NCBI GenBank assembly: GCA_964422845.1
Contig: CAYRCT010000001.1
Coordinates: forward strand, 1 to 47,738
Length of the DNA stretch: 47,738 nucleotides
Source of the DNA: an uncultured Candidatus Saccharibacteria bacterium
GTDB lineage: Bacteria > Patescibacteriota > Minisyncoccia > Minisyncoccales > PEYH01
Direction: 5' to 3'
How positions within the stretch are numbered: position 1 is the first letter of the stretch; each line of letters opens with the position of its first letter. This document shows positions 18,035 to 26,667 of the stretch, piece after piece. The translations under genes and the position numbers were made by a program. The notes beneath the pieces are model-generated. The model saw only the letters and a list, made by a program, of their open reading frames with translations, was not told the origin of the DNA and did not search any database.

Positions 18035-20069
18035 ATTTTTCTTTTCTTACTTCCCAATCTGCGTTTTTCTCTAACGCTTTAATAATTTTTCGAAAAAGTT
18101 CATCAATCTCTCCTCCTTCTAAAGTCCTATTCTTTGACTGAAATACGATATGAAAAGCCACGCTTTTTCTTCCTTCGGTTAAACCCTCACCTTCATAAAT
18201 ATCAAAAATGTCAACATCTTGAACTAATTCCCCTCCTGCAATATTAATTTCATTTAAAACTTCAGCTACTTTAACTCTAAAAGGTAATAAAATAGATACG
18301 TCTCGGACTGCTGAGGGAAACTTAGATATCTTTACATATTCTTGTTCCTCGCTACAAAATCCAACTAATTTATCAAAATCAATTTCAAAAGCAATGACTG
18401 GTACCTTAACTCCTAGTTTAGATAATATTCTTGAAGATAATTCACCTATAAATCCTATTTCTTTACCATTAATTTTAATTTCTGCCGACTTATTTAAATT
18501 CCATAATATTCTTTGACTATTATCAGGTGTTGCTTGAAAATTATCGTAAAATATATCAGACATGCCTAATCCCTGGAGTAGCCCATCGATTACTCCTTTA
18601 AGGACATAAAAACCATCTTCGTCTCCAAAAATCATCCCAGCTAACATTTTTTTCTCCTCTATTTCTCCTACTTCTTTTCTAAATACTGTTCCTAGTTCAA
18701 AAATTTTAATCTTCTCCTTTTTCTGAAAATGCTTCTCTTTGTAACTAACATTATCTAAAAGGTTAATTAATAAATTGGGGCGGAGATAATAAAGTTGCTC
18801 TGAAAAGGGATTTTCTAATTCTACTAAATTGCTATCTAAGTAATCGCCTATTTTTTTGCTGATAAATGAATAGTTATAAAGTTCAAAAAAACCAGATGCT
18901 TTTAGAATATTCTTAGTCCTCTCCTGCCAAATAATTTCTTCATTTTTTTGAGCAGGCATAAGCACTAATTTGGGGAAAACTGACGTAATCTTTTCGTATC
19001 CGTAAATTCTTCCTATCTCTTCAATCAAATCCTGCTTTTCAGTTATATCTAGCCGCCAAGTAGGAATTTTTACTTGAAGTTTGCTATCTACCTCAAAACC
19101 CAATGATTTAAAAATCTTGATTATTTCTTTTTTGGATATTTTAAGACCTAATAATTTCTCTGTTTGTATTAAATCTAATTTAATTTTTTTAGGTAAAGTC
19201 TTTTTAGAAAAAATATCTACCCTGTTCTTGACTATCTTCCCCCCTCCCAACTCATTTATTAACCTCGCCAGTCTATCTATGGCCAATTCAGTCATATTTG
19301 AATCCATACCATGTTCAAATCGAAACGAAGCATCTGTTTTAAGACCTAATTTTTTTGATGTTTTGCGAATTAATAATGGGTTAAAATTGGCTGACTCAAG
19401 AAAAATATTCTTTGTCTCCTTGCTAATAGCACTACTCTTCCCTCCTTTTATCCCTGCAATAGCTAAGGGTCTCTTTGAATCAGCAACCACTAAAATACTT
19501 TCGTCTAATCTATAAGTTTTATCATCTAGGGCGTCTATTTTTTCATTGTTTTTTGCTCGACGAACAATTATTTTTGAGCCATCTATTTTGTCTAAATCGA
19601 AAGCGTGTAAGGGTTGGCCTATTTCTAGCATTATATAATTCGCTGCATCTACTATGTTATTTATTGGTTCAAGCCCGCAAGACAATAACCGTTCTTGAAT
19701 GTATTTCGGCGACTCTTTCACTTTTACTCCTCTAATCACCCTGCCAGTATATCTTGGACAATTATTTTTATTCTTAACTGTAACTTGAATAAAATCTTTA
19801 ATGTTTGTCTTTTTATCTTCTTCTATCCTTACGTTTTGTGCTTTAAGTTTTACGCTTGTGAGTGCTACGCACTCACGCGCTATTCCTAAATGGGAAAAAC
19901 AATCAGCTGCTCTATTCGGAGTAATGTCTAAATCAAAAATAAAATCATTACCGATCTTCTTAATTCCCTCCACCTCAAAACTGTGAAGCGTCAAAATCTC
20001 TGCTAGCTTTTTCGGAGTAGGAAGTTTGTTTTGAAAAAAAGATTGTAACCAATTATAAGAGAATAACAT
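18027..20069 (-). CDS. pheT: Phenylalanyl-tRNA synthetase beta subunit
   Basis: 680 aa. It has an N-terminal tRNA-binding-like region and B3/4, B5 and FDX-ACB-like regions. It lies directly downstream of pheS. Confidence 0.9.
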   Translation of the reverse strand: MLFSYNWLQSFFQNKLPTPKKLAEILTLHSFEVEGIKKIGNDFIFDLDITPNRAADCFSHLGIARECVALTSVKLKAQNVRIEEDKKTNIKDFIQVTVKNKNNCPRYTGRVIRGVKVKESPKYIQERLLSCGLEPINNIVDAANYIMLEIGQPLHAFDLDKIDGSKIIVRRAKNNEKIDALDDKTYRLDESILVVADSKRPLAIAGIKGGKSSAISKETKNIFLESANFNPLLIRKTSKKLGLKTDASFRFEHGMDSNMTELAIDRLARLINELGGGKIVKNRVDIFSKKTLPKKIKLDLIQTEKLLGLKISKKEIIKIFKSLGFEVDSKLQVKIPTWRLDITEKQDLIEEIGRIYGYEKITSVFPKLVLMPAQKNEEIIWQERTKNILKASGFFELYNYSFISKKIGDYLDSNLVELENPFSEQLYYLRPNLLINLLDNVSYKEKHFQKKEKIKIFELGTVFRKEVGEIEEKKMLAGMIFGDEDGFYVLKGVIDGLLQGLGMSDIFYDNFQATPDNSQRILWNLNKSAEIKINGKEIGFIGELSSRILSKLGVKVPVIAFEIDFDKLVGFCSEEQEYVKISKFPSAVRDVSILLPFRVKVAEVLNEINIAGGELVQDVDIFDIYEGEGLTEGRKSVAFHIVFQSKNRTLEGGEIDELFRKIIKALEKNADWEVRKEKYA

Positions 20070-20078
20070 ATTGATATT

Positions 20079-21107
20079 TTAAAATTGCTTTAAAAATCGT
20101 AGGTCTCCGCTATATAAAAGCCGGACATCATCAATTTTATATTTCATCATCGTTAAACGATCCAATCCTAATCCAAAAGCAAAACCTTGCCAATTCTTTG
20201 GATTCAATTTTGCTGATTTGAAAACTTCTGGATGAACCATTCCAGCTCCTCCCATTTCCAACCATCCGCGCTGGGAACAAACACTGCACCCCTTGCCTCC
20301 ACAAACTAAACAACTCATATCTATTTCAAAGCTTGGCTCAGTAAAAGGAAAATAACTAGGTCTTAAACGAATTTTTACTGATTTTTTGAAAAACATTTCT
20401 AAAAATCTTCCTATTATTGCTTTAAAATTAGCAACGCTCACTTCCTTGTCCACCATTAATCCCTCTATCTGATAGAAATTAATTTCGTGAGAAGCATCTG
20501 TCGCTTCATATCTAAATGCCCGACCCGGCGCAACGATTCTTAATGGCGGATTATGTTTCTCCATATATCTTATTTGCACAGGGCTAGTATGGGTGCGCAA
20601 AAGCAATCTATCTTTCTCTTTCTCGGGTTTTTTCAGCCAAAATGTATCCCATGCATCTCTAGCTGGATGATCTTTAGGGATATTCAATGCATCAAAATTA
20701 TATTTTTCTGTTTCTATTTCCGGTCCTTCAACAACTGAAAAACCTAATCGTTCAAAAATGTCTTCCACTTCCCTTTTCACTTGAGTGATTGGATGAAGAT
20801 GTCCAATCAAATTTTTCTTACCAGGTAAGGTAATATCTATCCACTCTTTTGTGTCATCTTTAGGCATCTCTTGTTGGAATTTTTTTTCTAATTCTCTAAT
20901 GTCATTCAATAATTTTTTCTTAAATTGATTTACTATTTTGCCATTTTTCTTTTTTTCTTGTTCTGACCAATCTTTTAGCGAACGCAAAACAAGGGTAATT
21001 TCTCCTTTTTTACCTAAATATTTTTGAGAAATTTTTTTCAATTCCTCTATATTTTGAACTGATTTAATCTCTCGTTCAGCTCTATTTTTAATCTCCTGTA
21101 TATCCAT
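20079..21107 (-). CDS. pheS: Phenylalanyl-tRNA synthetase alpha subunit
   Basis: It has the class II motifs FRYEATDASHEINFYQIEG and GFAFGLGLDRL. Confidence 0.95.
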   Translation of the reverse strand: MDIQEIKNRAEREIKSVQNIEELKKISQKYLGKKGEITLVLRSLKDWSEQEKKKNGKIVNQFKKKLLNDIRELEKKFQQEMPKDDTKEWIDITLPGKKNLIGHLHPITQVKREVEDIFERLGFSVVEGPEIETEKYNFDALNIPKDHPARDAWDTFWLKKPEKEKDRLLLRTHTSPVQIRYMEKHNPPLRIVAPGRAFRYEATDASHEINFYQIEGLMVDKEVSVANFKAIIGRFLEMFFKKSVKIRLRPSYFPFTEPSFEIDMSCLVCGGKGCSVCSQRGWLEMGGAGMVHPEVFKSAKLNPKNWQGFAFGLGLDRLTMMKYKIDDVRLLYSGDLRFLKQF

Positions 21108-21181
21108 TTATACTTCTATTCTACCGTAAAATTCAGCGAAAATCAAACTAAAAAAACTGCGGATATCCACAGCTTAAAATT

Positions 21182-21228
21182 AAAAAAATATGCCCGTTAA
21201 GTTTCGCTTTTGCGATATTAAACGGGCA
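21182..21228 (-). terminator. Rho-independent terminator closing the small-ORF cassette
   Basis: The minus strand reads TGCCCGTT...AACGGGCA (8-bp stem with an inner TCGC-AAAA-GCGA stem) followed by ATATTTTTTT. A second palindrome plus T-run lies at 21149-21172. Confidence 0.65.
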
Positions 21229-21235
21229 CAGACTG

Positions 21236-21325
21236 CTATTCTTTTGGAAAAGACCTGTGGTAACCAATGACGCAAAGAAAGATAGCTAACAAAACCATTA
21301 CCAACACTATCCAAATTGTCGCCAT
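21236..21325 (-). CDS. Candidate 29-aa hydrophobic peptide (MATIWIVLVMVLLAIFLCVIGYHRSFPKE)
   Basis: Hand-translated ATG ORF with one predicted TM helix. The frame stays open upstream as far as an AAGGAGGTG placed right after the stop of the 62-aa ORF, so the true start is uncertain. Confidence 0.3.
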   Translation of the reverse strand: MATIWIVLVMVLLAIFLCVIGYHRSFPKE

Positions 21326-21395
21326 TAGATATTCTGGGCCCGAATCTACTAGAAAAAATCTAAGCGAATAGTCAATTATTCTTCTCACCTCCTTG

Positions 21396-21584
21396 CTAAA
21401 AGAATGTTAACACGAGCTTTTCGTCCTCAACCTCAATCTTAACTTTACTCTTATCAAAAAGATTAAGAGTAACTTCACCGACTGGATTTTCGAAGAAACG
21501 CTTCAATGCACCAGTTTGTGACCCTGGGCCATAAACCGAACTGCCAACCTCGACACTTATACACTTGACTCCTTTCACATGCAT
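21396..21584 (-). CDS. Hypothetical 62-aa protein
   Basis: It has a consensus SD (AAGGAGGAACT-ATG) and its own TTGACA-17-TACTAT promoter. I recognised no family. Confidence 0.5.
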   Translation of the reverse strand: MHVKGVKCISVEVGSSVYGPGSQTGALKRFFENPVGEVTLNLFDKSKVKIEVEDEKLVLTFF

Positions 21585-21623
21585 AGTTCCTCCTTATTCC
21601 GTTGAAACTTTTGTACTATAAAA

Positions 21624-21652
21624 ATAGTAATACAAAAAATTTATAATGTCAA
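21624..21652 (-). promoter_or_regulatory. Near-consensus sigma70 promoter for the small-ORF cassette
   Basis: The minus strand has TTGACA (21652-21647), a 17-nt spacer, then TACTAT (21629-21624). Confidence 0.55.
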
Positions 21653-21674
21653 ACTATATAAAAAAATCAAAAGT

Positions 21675-22382
21675 CTATAACATTTTTTTAACCTCTTCCC
21701 AAATCTTTTTATGAATAATTTCTGGTGACAATAATTCTCCATCTTTAATACATTTTATCGCTTTATAGTCTTCGGGAAATTCTTCTAAGACCTGAGCGTA
21801 AGAATTAAGAGCGTCTTTTAGATGATCAATATCTTGTTCGTGTAAATCTCTTTTCTTTTTTCCAAGATAAAGCTCTTTTCTCTTTTTCTTCAGCCGATCC
21901 GTTATCTTACCTGACAATTTATAAGCTAATTGTGGAGAAGTTTCTAGAACAAAAGCAATGTCGGGAACAGGTATTCCGAAAAAATTATATTCAAGATTAT
22001 AAAGCCATTTAAAAAATTCACTTCTTTTATTTTTGTCTTTTATCTTCCCTCCTTGGTGACCCATATTAGAAGCCACATATCTATCTGAAACTACAATTAC
22101 GCCTTTATTCAATAATTTTTTTATCTTAAATGAAGCATCATATCGGTCACAAGCATAAAAAATAGAAGCTCGCTTAGCCCCTACTTCTTTGGCAGAGCCA
22201 TATTTCCCTGCCAAATATTCTTCAACAAGACCTGCTGATTTTTTGCCGTATTGAGGAAAATCTATTTTAACCGCTTTAAAGCCCGATTTCTTTAATGCTT
22301 TAAATAGAAGTTTTGTTTGAGTGGATTTTCCCGATCCGTCTAATCCTTCAAAAATAATAAATTTTCCTCTTTCGTTTTTCAT
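21675..22382 (-). CDS. tmk: Thymidylate kinase (long form, 235 aa)
   Basis: It has the P-loop FEGLDGSGKSTQ and the DRY motif (SDRYVASN). Confidence 0.88.
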   Translation of the reverse strand: MKNERGKFIIFEGLDGSGKSTQTKLLFKALKKSGFKAVKIDFPQYGKKSAGLVEEYLAGKYGSAKEVGAKRASIFYACDRYDASFKIKKLLNKGVIVVSDRYVASNMGHQGGKIKDKNKRSEFFKWLYNLEYNFFGIPVPDIAFVLETSPQLAYKLSGKITDRLKKKRKELYLGKKKRDLHEQDIDHLKDALNSYAQVLEEFPEDYKAIKCIKDGELLSPEIIHKKIWEEVKKML

Positions 22383-22449
22383 AAAATATAAATATTAATT
22401 ATTTTATTCTATCAGAAACTTCTTTCAAATCCAACCTTGCCCACAATAC

Positions 22450-22477
22450 AAAAAACCGGCCGAATGGCTGGTTTTTT
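22450..22477. terminator. Bidirectional hairpin terminator between tRNA-Asp and tmk
   Basis: CCGGCC-GAAT-GGCTGG forms a stem flanked by an A-run on one side and a T-run on the other. Confidence 0.6.
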
Positions 22478-22481
22478 AATA

Positions 22482-22558
22482 TGGCGGGGACGACCGGATT
22501 TGAACCGGCAACCTTCACTGTGACAGAGTGATGATCTAACCAATTGATCTACGTCCCC
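22482..22558 (-). tRNA. tRNA-Asp (GUC) with encoded CCA
   Basis: Hand-folded cloverleaf: GGGGACG/TA/GATC-AATTGGTTA-GATC/A/TCACT-CTGTCAC-AGTGA/AGGTT/GCCGG-TTCAAAT-CCGGT/CGTCCCC/G/CCA. Confidence 0.9.
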
Positions 22559-22574
22559 AAATCTTCAAAGCTTG

Positions 22575-22645
22575 TACCGGGGTTGGGAATTGAACCCACT
22601 TTGACCGCTTATGAGACGGCCTTAGAAGCCATTCTACTCCCCGGC
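22575..22645 (-). tRNA. tRNA(CAU), either Met elongator or Ile2, with atypical geometry
   Basis: Hand fold: GCCGGGG/AG/TAGA-ATGGCT-TCTA/A(G)/GCCGT-CTCATAA-GCGGT/CAAA/GTGGG-TTCAATT-CCCAA/CCCCGGT/A. It is 71 nt with a short D loop. It has either an extra nucleotide at position 26 or a 6-bp anticodon stem. CCA is not encoded. Confidence 0.6.
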
Positions 22646-22843
22646 TTGAGACAAGGCATCTATTAGTCCCATAATTTTATAATATATCTCTGCCGGTCTT
22701 CTAATTCCAAGCATAGCGGTTCCGTAATGGATATTAAAATTCTTATAAATCTTCTTATTTTTCGCTTTAATTAATATCGTTTTATAGAATTGTTTTCGCG
22801 GAATACCGTGGGTTCGAAAATATATCAATGTGCATAACTTTTG

Positions 22844-23161
22844 TTGCGGGGCCTGGAATTGCACCAGGGCCTGGGGCTTCTTTGACACTTTTTGTTTCCA
22901 AAAAGAATGGACTATACCATATGCCTAAACTAGGCATTTCCCATTATAGTCTCTGAACCTTCCCAATAAATATTAGGCTTGGCTGCTGATTACCAAATCT
23001 TCTCTTTTTTTGAACAATCGCGCTTATCCTTTTGGATTACGCTGTTGTAAGAAAAGCTCTAACGGCTTTCCAGCAATTTAGAGAATTTTTCCACAAGACA
23101 TTACTGTCTTGGGTCACGCTTCGAACATGAGACCCCCGAGATACTACTTCTCTACCCCGCT
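22844..23161 (-). tRNA. tRNA(CAU), probably the initiator, interrupted by a group I intron
   Basis: The 5' exon (23161-23127) reads AGCGGGG/TA/GAGA-AGTAGTA-TCTC/G/GGGGT/CTCAT. The 3' exon (22879-22844) reads AA/GCCCC/AGGC/CCTGG-TGCAATT-CCAGG/CCCCGCA/A. It has a 1:72 A-A mismatch and an A11:U24 pair. Confidence 0.8.
22880..23126 (-). ncRNA. Group I intron (247 nt, no ORF) in the anticodon loop of tRNA(CAU)
   Basis: It follows an exon U and ends in G. Core motifs present are AAATTGCTGGAAAG, CAGCAGCCAAGCCTAA and GTTCAGAGACTATAATGGG...GGTATAGTCC. GNRA-capped hairpins are CAAGACA-GTAA-TGTCTTG and CTTTTTG-GAAA-CAAAAAG. A candidate P8 hairpin is ATGCCTA-GTT-TAGGCAT. Confidence 0.85.
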
Positions 23162-23166
23162 ATACT

Positions 23167-23189
23167 AAAAAACGCTTCTTTATAGAAGC
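23167..23189 (-). terminator. Rho-independent terminator after the gatCA operon
   Basis: The minus strand reads GCTTC-TATAAA-GAAGC followed by GTTTTTT, immediately before tRNA position 1. Confidence 0.55.
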
Positions 23190-23223
23190 ATATTACCTTA
23201 AATAAAGTAAAAAATCAAATTAA

Positions 23224-23832
23224 TTATTCCTTTATCTCAGAAAAAGCTTTTTGATAAATTGCAATAAGCTCTTTGGCCCTTTCTAAAGAAAGTTGAGCCT
23301 TGGGATAAGCTAACATTTTCTGTAAAATTTCTTTCGCTTTCAAAATATCGTCAGCATTAGAAATTGTTTCCCCTGATAGTTTTTTCTCTTGTTTTTTTAA
23401 TGCTTGATTAAAAAGTTTGTCTGCATCGATAAACGCTAACTTATAATTCAATTCATTTCCGCTTTCTAATTTATCTGAAATTCTTTCCCAATCAGTTCTT
23501 TCTATTCTGCCATCTTTAAAATTTAATTCTTCATCTTTAGATTCATCTGACTCTCTAGAAATAGACGGCTTCATAGCTGGATCAGACGAATTAATGGCAG
23601 AGGCAGAAGAAAGATATGCTTTTTTAACTGCCTTAGAACTATAATGATTTTTCCAATACCGATAGTCTTCTAATCTATCCAGAAATACATATTTTAAATA
23701 GGAAGTTATAAAAAGAAAGTAAACAATTAAGATAAGAGATGTCAAAGAAAAAATAAAAACAATGAGCTTCACTGGAAAAAGAGCTTGTTGAAGTTCCGGA
23801 GAAATAATCATTTGGAAAATATTATCTAGCAT
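23224..23832 (-). CDS. Hypothetical membrane-anchored protein (202 aa)
   Basis: It has an N-terminal TM helix (LIVFIFSLTSLILIVYFLFI). It overlaps the gatA stop by 7 nt. I recognised no family. Confidence 0.55.
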   Translation of the reverse strand: MLDNIFQMIISPELQQALFPVKLIVFIFSLTSLILIVYFLFITSYLKYVFLDRLEDYRYWKNHYSSKAVKKAYLSSASAINSSDPAMKPSISRESDESKDEELNFKDGRIERTDWERISDKLESGNELNYKLAFIDADKLFNQALKKQEKKLSGETISNADDILKAKEILQKMLAYPKAQLSLERAKELIAIYQKAFSEIKE

Positions 23833-25244
23833 AAATCCTCAAAAAATTTAGCTGCTTTAAAAATTCTTTCCTCTTCGTATTGCGGAGCCATAAACTGAAT
23901 GCCCACTGGTAAATCTCCGACTCTGCCCGCAGGAACGGAAATGGCAGGTAACCCAGCAAGATTTGCAGGAACAGTCAAAAGATCTGCCATATACATTGAT
24001 AATGGATCTTTAAGTCGTTCTTCCAACTTGAACGGAAGAAAAGGCGATGTCGGAGTTAGAAGTAAATCAACCTTTTCAAATACTTTTTCAAAATCCTGCT
24101 TTATCTTATTTTGCATCTTTTGCGCTTTTAAATAATAAGAATCATAATACCCAGACGACAAGCAATAAGTGCCAATCATTATTCTTCTTTTAACTTCTGG
24201 GCCAAAAAATTCTCCTCTAGTTTCAAAATAATTGTTTAATAAATTGTCTGCTTCTCTTCTCATGCCAAATTTAACTCCGTCATACCGCGCTAAATTACTA
24301 GAGGCCTCAGCTGGCATAATAATATAATAACAAGCAACTCCATATTCTAAGTGAGGCAAGCTAACTGTTTCAATTCTAATCCCCTGTTTTTCCAACTTGT
24401 TAATCGCCTCTTTAGTAATATCAACTATCTCTTTCTGAATCCCATGTCCCAAACATTCTTTAACAACCCCTATTTTTAAATTCTTAATGTCTACTTTTTT
24501 ATCTGCTTTTTGCGGTTGTTCGTAACTAGTAGCATCCATAAAGTCCTTTCCTTTTATTACATTAAAAAGGACCTCTGCATCTTCAACATTTTTAGCAATT
24601 GGACCTATTTGATCTAACGATGAAGCCAGAGCAATTAAACCGTAACGCGAGACGGCTCCATAAGTAGGTTTCATCCCAACTACTCCGCAAAAAGATGACG
24701 GACATCTTACTGAACCTGCTGTATCTGACCCCAGGGCTACCATAGACATCTGGGCAGAAACCGCGGCCGCAGAGCCAGAAGATGAACCTCCTGGCACATA
24801 TTCTAAATTATGAGGATTTTTAGTAGGCCCATAAGCAGAGTATTCTCCTGATGCGCCCATTGCAAATTCGTCAAGATTGGTTTTTCCTAAAATTATTCCT
24901 CCTTGCTCTTTAATCTTCTTTATAACAGTAGCATTATAGGGCGCGATATAATTATCTAAAATTTTTGATCCGGCAGTGCATCTTTCTCCCTCAACCAACA
25001 TATTGTCTTTAATCGCTATGGGCACGCCTCCTAATGCTGGCAAAGTTTCCCCTTGAGAAATTAATTTGTCAATCTCTTTGGCTTGTTTAATTGCCTGCTT
25101 GTCAAGAACAGTAATAAAAGCATTAATCTCTTTGTTTAATTTCTGAATATTATCTAAATATGACTCAACAACTTCTTTACAAGAAAACTTTTTATCAATT
25201 AAACTTTTACGGATTTTCTTAATGGTTAAAGAGGAAATATCCAT
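23826..25244 (-). CDS. gatA: Asp/Glu-tRNA amidotransferase subunit A
   Basis: It has the amidase signature GGSSSGSAAAVSA...GSDTAGSVR. Confidence 0.95.
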   Translation of the reverse strand: MDISSLTIKKIRKSLIDKKFSCKEVVESYLDNIQKLNKEINAFITVLDKQAIKQAKEIDKLISQGETLPALGGVPIAIKDNMLVEGERCTAGSKILDNYIAPYNATVIKKIKEQGGIILGKTNLDEFAMGASGEYSAYGPTKNPHNLEYVPGGSSSGSAAAVSAQMSMVALGSDTAGSVRCPSSFCGVVGMKPTYGAVSRYGLIALASSLDQIGPIAKNVEDAEVLFNVIKGKDFMDATSYEQPQKADKKVDIKNLKIGVVKECLGHGIQKEIVDITKEAINKLEKQGIRIETVSLPHLEYGVACYYIIMPAEASSNLARYDGVKFGMRREADNLLNNYFETRGEFFGPEVKRRIMIGTYCLSSGYYDSYYLKAQKMQNKIKQDFEKVFEKVDLLLTPTSPFLPFKLEERLKDPLSMYMADLLTVPANLAGLPAISVPAGRVGDLPVGIQFMAPQYEEERIFKAAKFFEDLC

Positions 25245-25245
25245 A

Positions 25246-25536
25246 TTAATTAAAAACTGATTTTACTTTTATAAATCTTTCTTTTGTTTCAGGAGCAAGC
25301 TCTAACAATTTTTTATTTATTTGAGAATTGTTTTCGCTTGATTCATCTTCTCTTGTCGTATTTCTGCTCCTTGATAAATGACTGCTCAATTTAATATCAT
25401 CAATCTTAACTTCTTCTAATTTATGAAAATAATCTAAAATAGAAGAAAGGTCTTTTTGCAAATCTTGTAATTCTTCTTCAGAAAATTTAATTCTCGCCAA
25501 TTGAGCAATATGTTTTACTTCTACTAGGTCAATCAT
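25246..25536 (-). CDS. gatC: Asp/Glu-tRNA amidotransferase subunit C
   Basis: 96 aa, with VKHIAQLARIKFSEEEL at the N-terminus. It lies directly upstream of gatA. Confidence 0.88.
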   Translation of the reverse strand: MIDLVEVKHIAQLARIKFSEEELQDLQKDLSSILDYFHKLEEVKIDDIKLSSHLSRSRNTTREDESSENNSQINKKLLELAPETKERFIKVKSVFN

Positions 25537-25587
25537 GGTGAATTTAATAATTGAATATAATTAATTCTCTTGTTGTTTAGCTAAATT

Positions 25588-26664
25588 TTATTGTCGTGGC
25601 GGCTCAAATTCCTCTTGTTCGCTTAAAACATCCTCTAATTCGTCCAGATTTTCTAGAACCATGCCCGCTCCCCTAACAACGGCTGTAAGGGGATCTTCAA
25701 TAACTTTAACAGGCATTTTTGTTTCTTTGGCAATAAGCTCATTTAATCCCCTTAACATTGAACCCCCTCCAGCCAAAAATATGCCCCTAGCCATAATGTC
25801 AGCAACTAATTCTGGTGGCGTTGATTCAATAATGTCTTTAACAGTGTTAACTATTTGTTTAACTGATTTCTCAAGAGCTAATTTAATATTGCCTTCTCCA
25901 ACCATTACTTCTTCGGGCAAACCAGTAATTAAATTTCTTCCTCTAATTGGTATTTCTTTTTTCTCCTTGCCCTTAACTTTGTTAATGCTCTTGCCCAAAT
26001 AAGCGGAACCAATCTTTATCTTCACTTGCTCGGCAGTACGGGTTCCAATTAATAATCGATATTCTTCTTGGCAATAGTCTATAATATCTCTGTCAAGCCG
26101 ATCTCCTGCTATTTTTAAACTTTTCGCTAGAACAATACCTCCAAGAGAAATAACAGCAATATCAGCAGTTCCTCCGCCAATATCCACTAAAAAATTGCCA
26201 CCCGCTTCTTGAATCGGCAGACGAGCACCAATGGCCGCAGCTATCGGCTGTTCAATTAAAAATACTTTTCTGGCTCCAGCATTTTTAGCTGCATCGCGAA
26301 CTGCTTTCTTTTCTACTTCGGTTAATCCGCAAGGAATTCCAACGATTACTCGGGGTCTTGGAAAAACTACCCGATTTTTATAAGTACTCTCAATAAAATA
26401 TTTAAGCATTTGCTCTGCAATCTCAAAATCAGAAATTACTCCCTTTATTAACGGCCTACTAGCAGTGATGTGAGTCGGTGTCCTGCCAACCATCTTTTTT
26501 GCTTCTTTGCCGATAGCTAGAACTTGACCAGTTTTTTGGTTAACAGCTACTACCGATGGTTCAGCAATAACAATTCCCTCCCCTTTTACATAAACTAAAG
26601 TAGTGGCAGTTCCTAAGTCAATAGCAATGTCTTTTCTTAAATTAGAAAAAAAGTTATGTATCAT
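25588..26664 (-). CDS. mreB: Rod-shape-determining actin homologue MreB (copy 1)
   Basis: It has the actin-fold phosphate motifs IDLGTATT and DIGGGTADIAV, plus LAGGGSMLRGL. Confidence 0.92.
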   Translation of the reverse strand: MIHNFFSNLRKDIAIDLGTATTLVYVKGEGIVIAEPSVVAVNQKTGQVLAIGKEAKKMVGRTPTHITASRPLIKGVISDFEIAEQMLKYFIESTYKNRVVFPRPRVIVGIPCGLTEVEKKAVRDAAKNAGARKVFLIEQPIAAAIGARLPIQEAGGNFLVDIGGGTADIAVISLGGIVLAKSLKIAGDRLDRDIIDYCQEEYRLLIGTRTAEQVKIKIGSAYLGKSINKVKGKEKKEIPIRGRNLITGLPEEVMVGEGNIKLALEKSVKQIVNTVKDIIESTPPELVADIMARGIFLAGGGSMLRGLNELIAKETKMPVKVIEDPLTAVVRGAGMVLENLDELEDVLSEQEEFEPPRQ

Positions 26665-26667
26665 AAA

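Noticed and set aside
22646-22843. tRNA-like fragment on the plus strand (CGCGGAATACCGTGGGTTCGAAAAT) in the 198-nt spacer between the two CAU tRNA genes
   Set aside because: Only a T-arm-like GGGTTCGAA string is present. No complementary stem, acceptor or anticodon arm can be drawn. It may be a decayed tRNA remnant but cannot be supported.
22634-22888. 84-aa minus-strand ORF (MSKKPQALVQFQ...)
   Set aside because: It starts inside the group I intron/3' exon of the split tRNA and ends inside the next tRNA(CAU) gene. It has no SD and is best explained as a chance ORF across RNA genes and their spacer.
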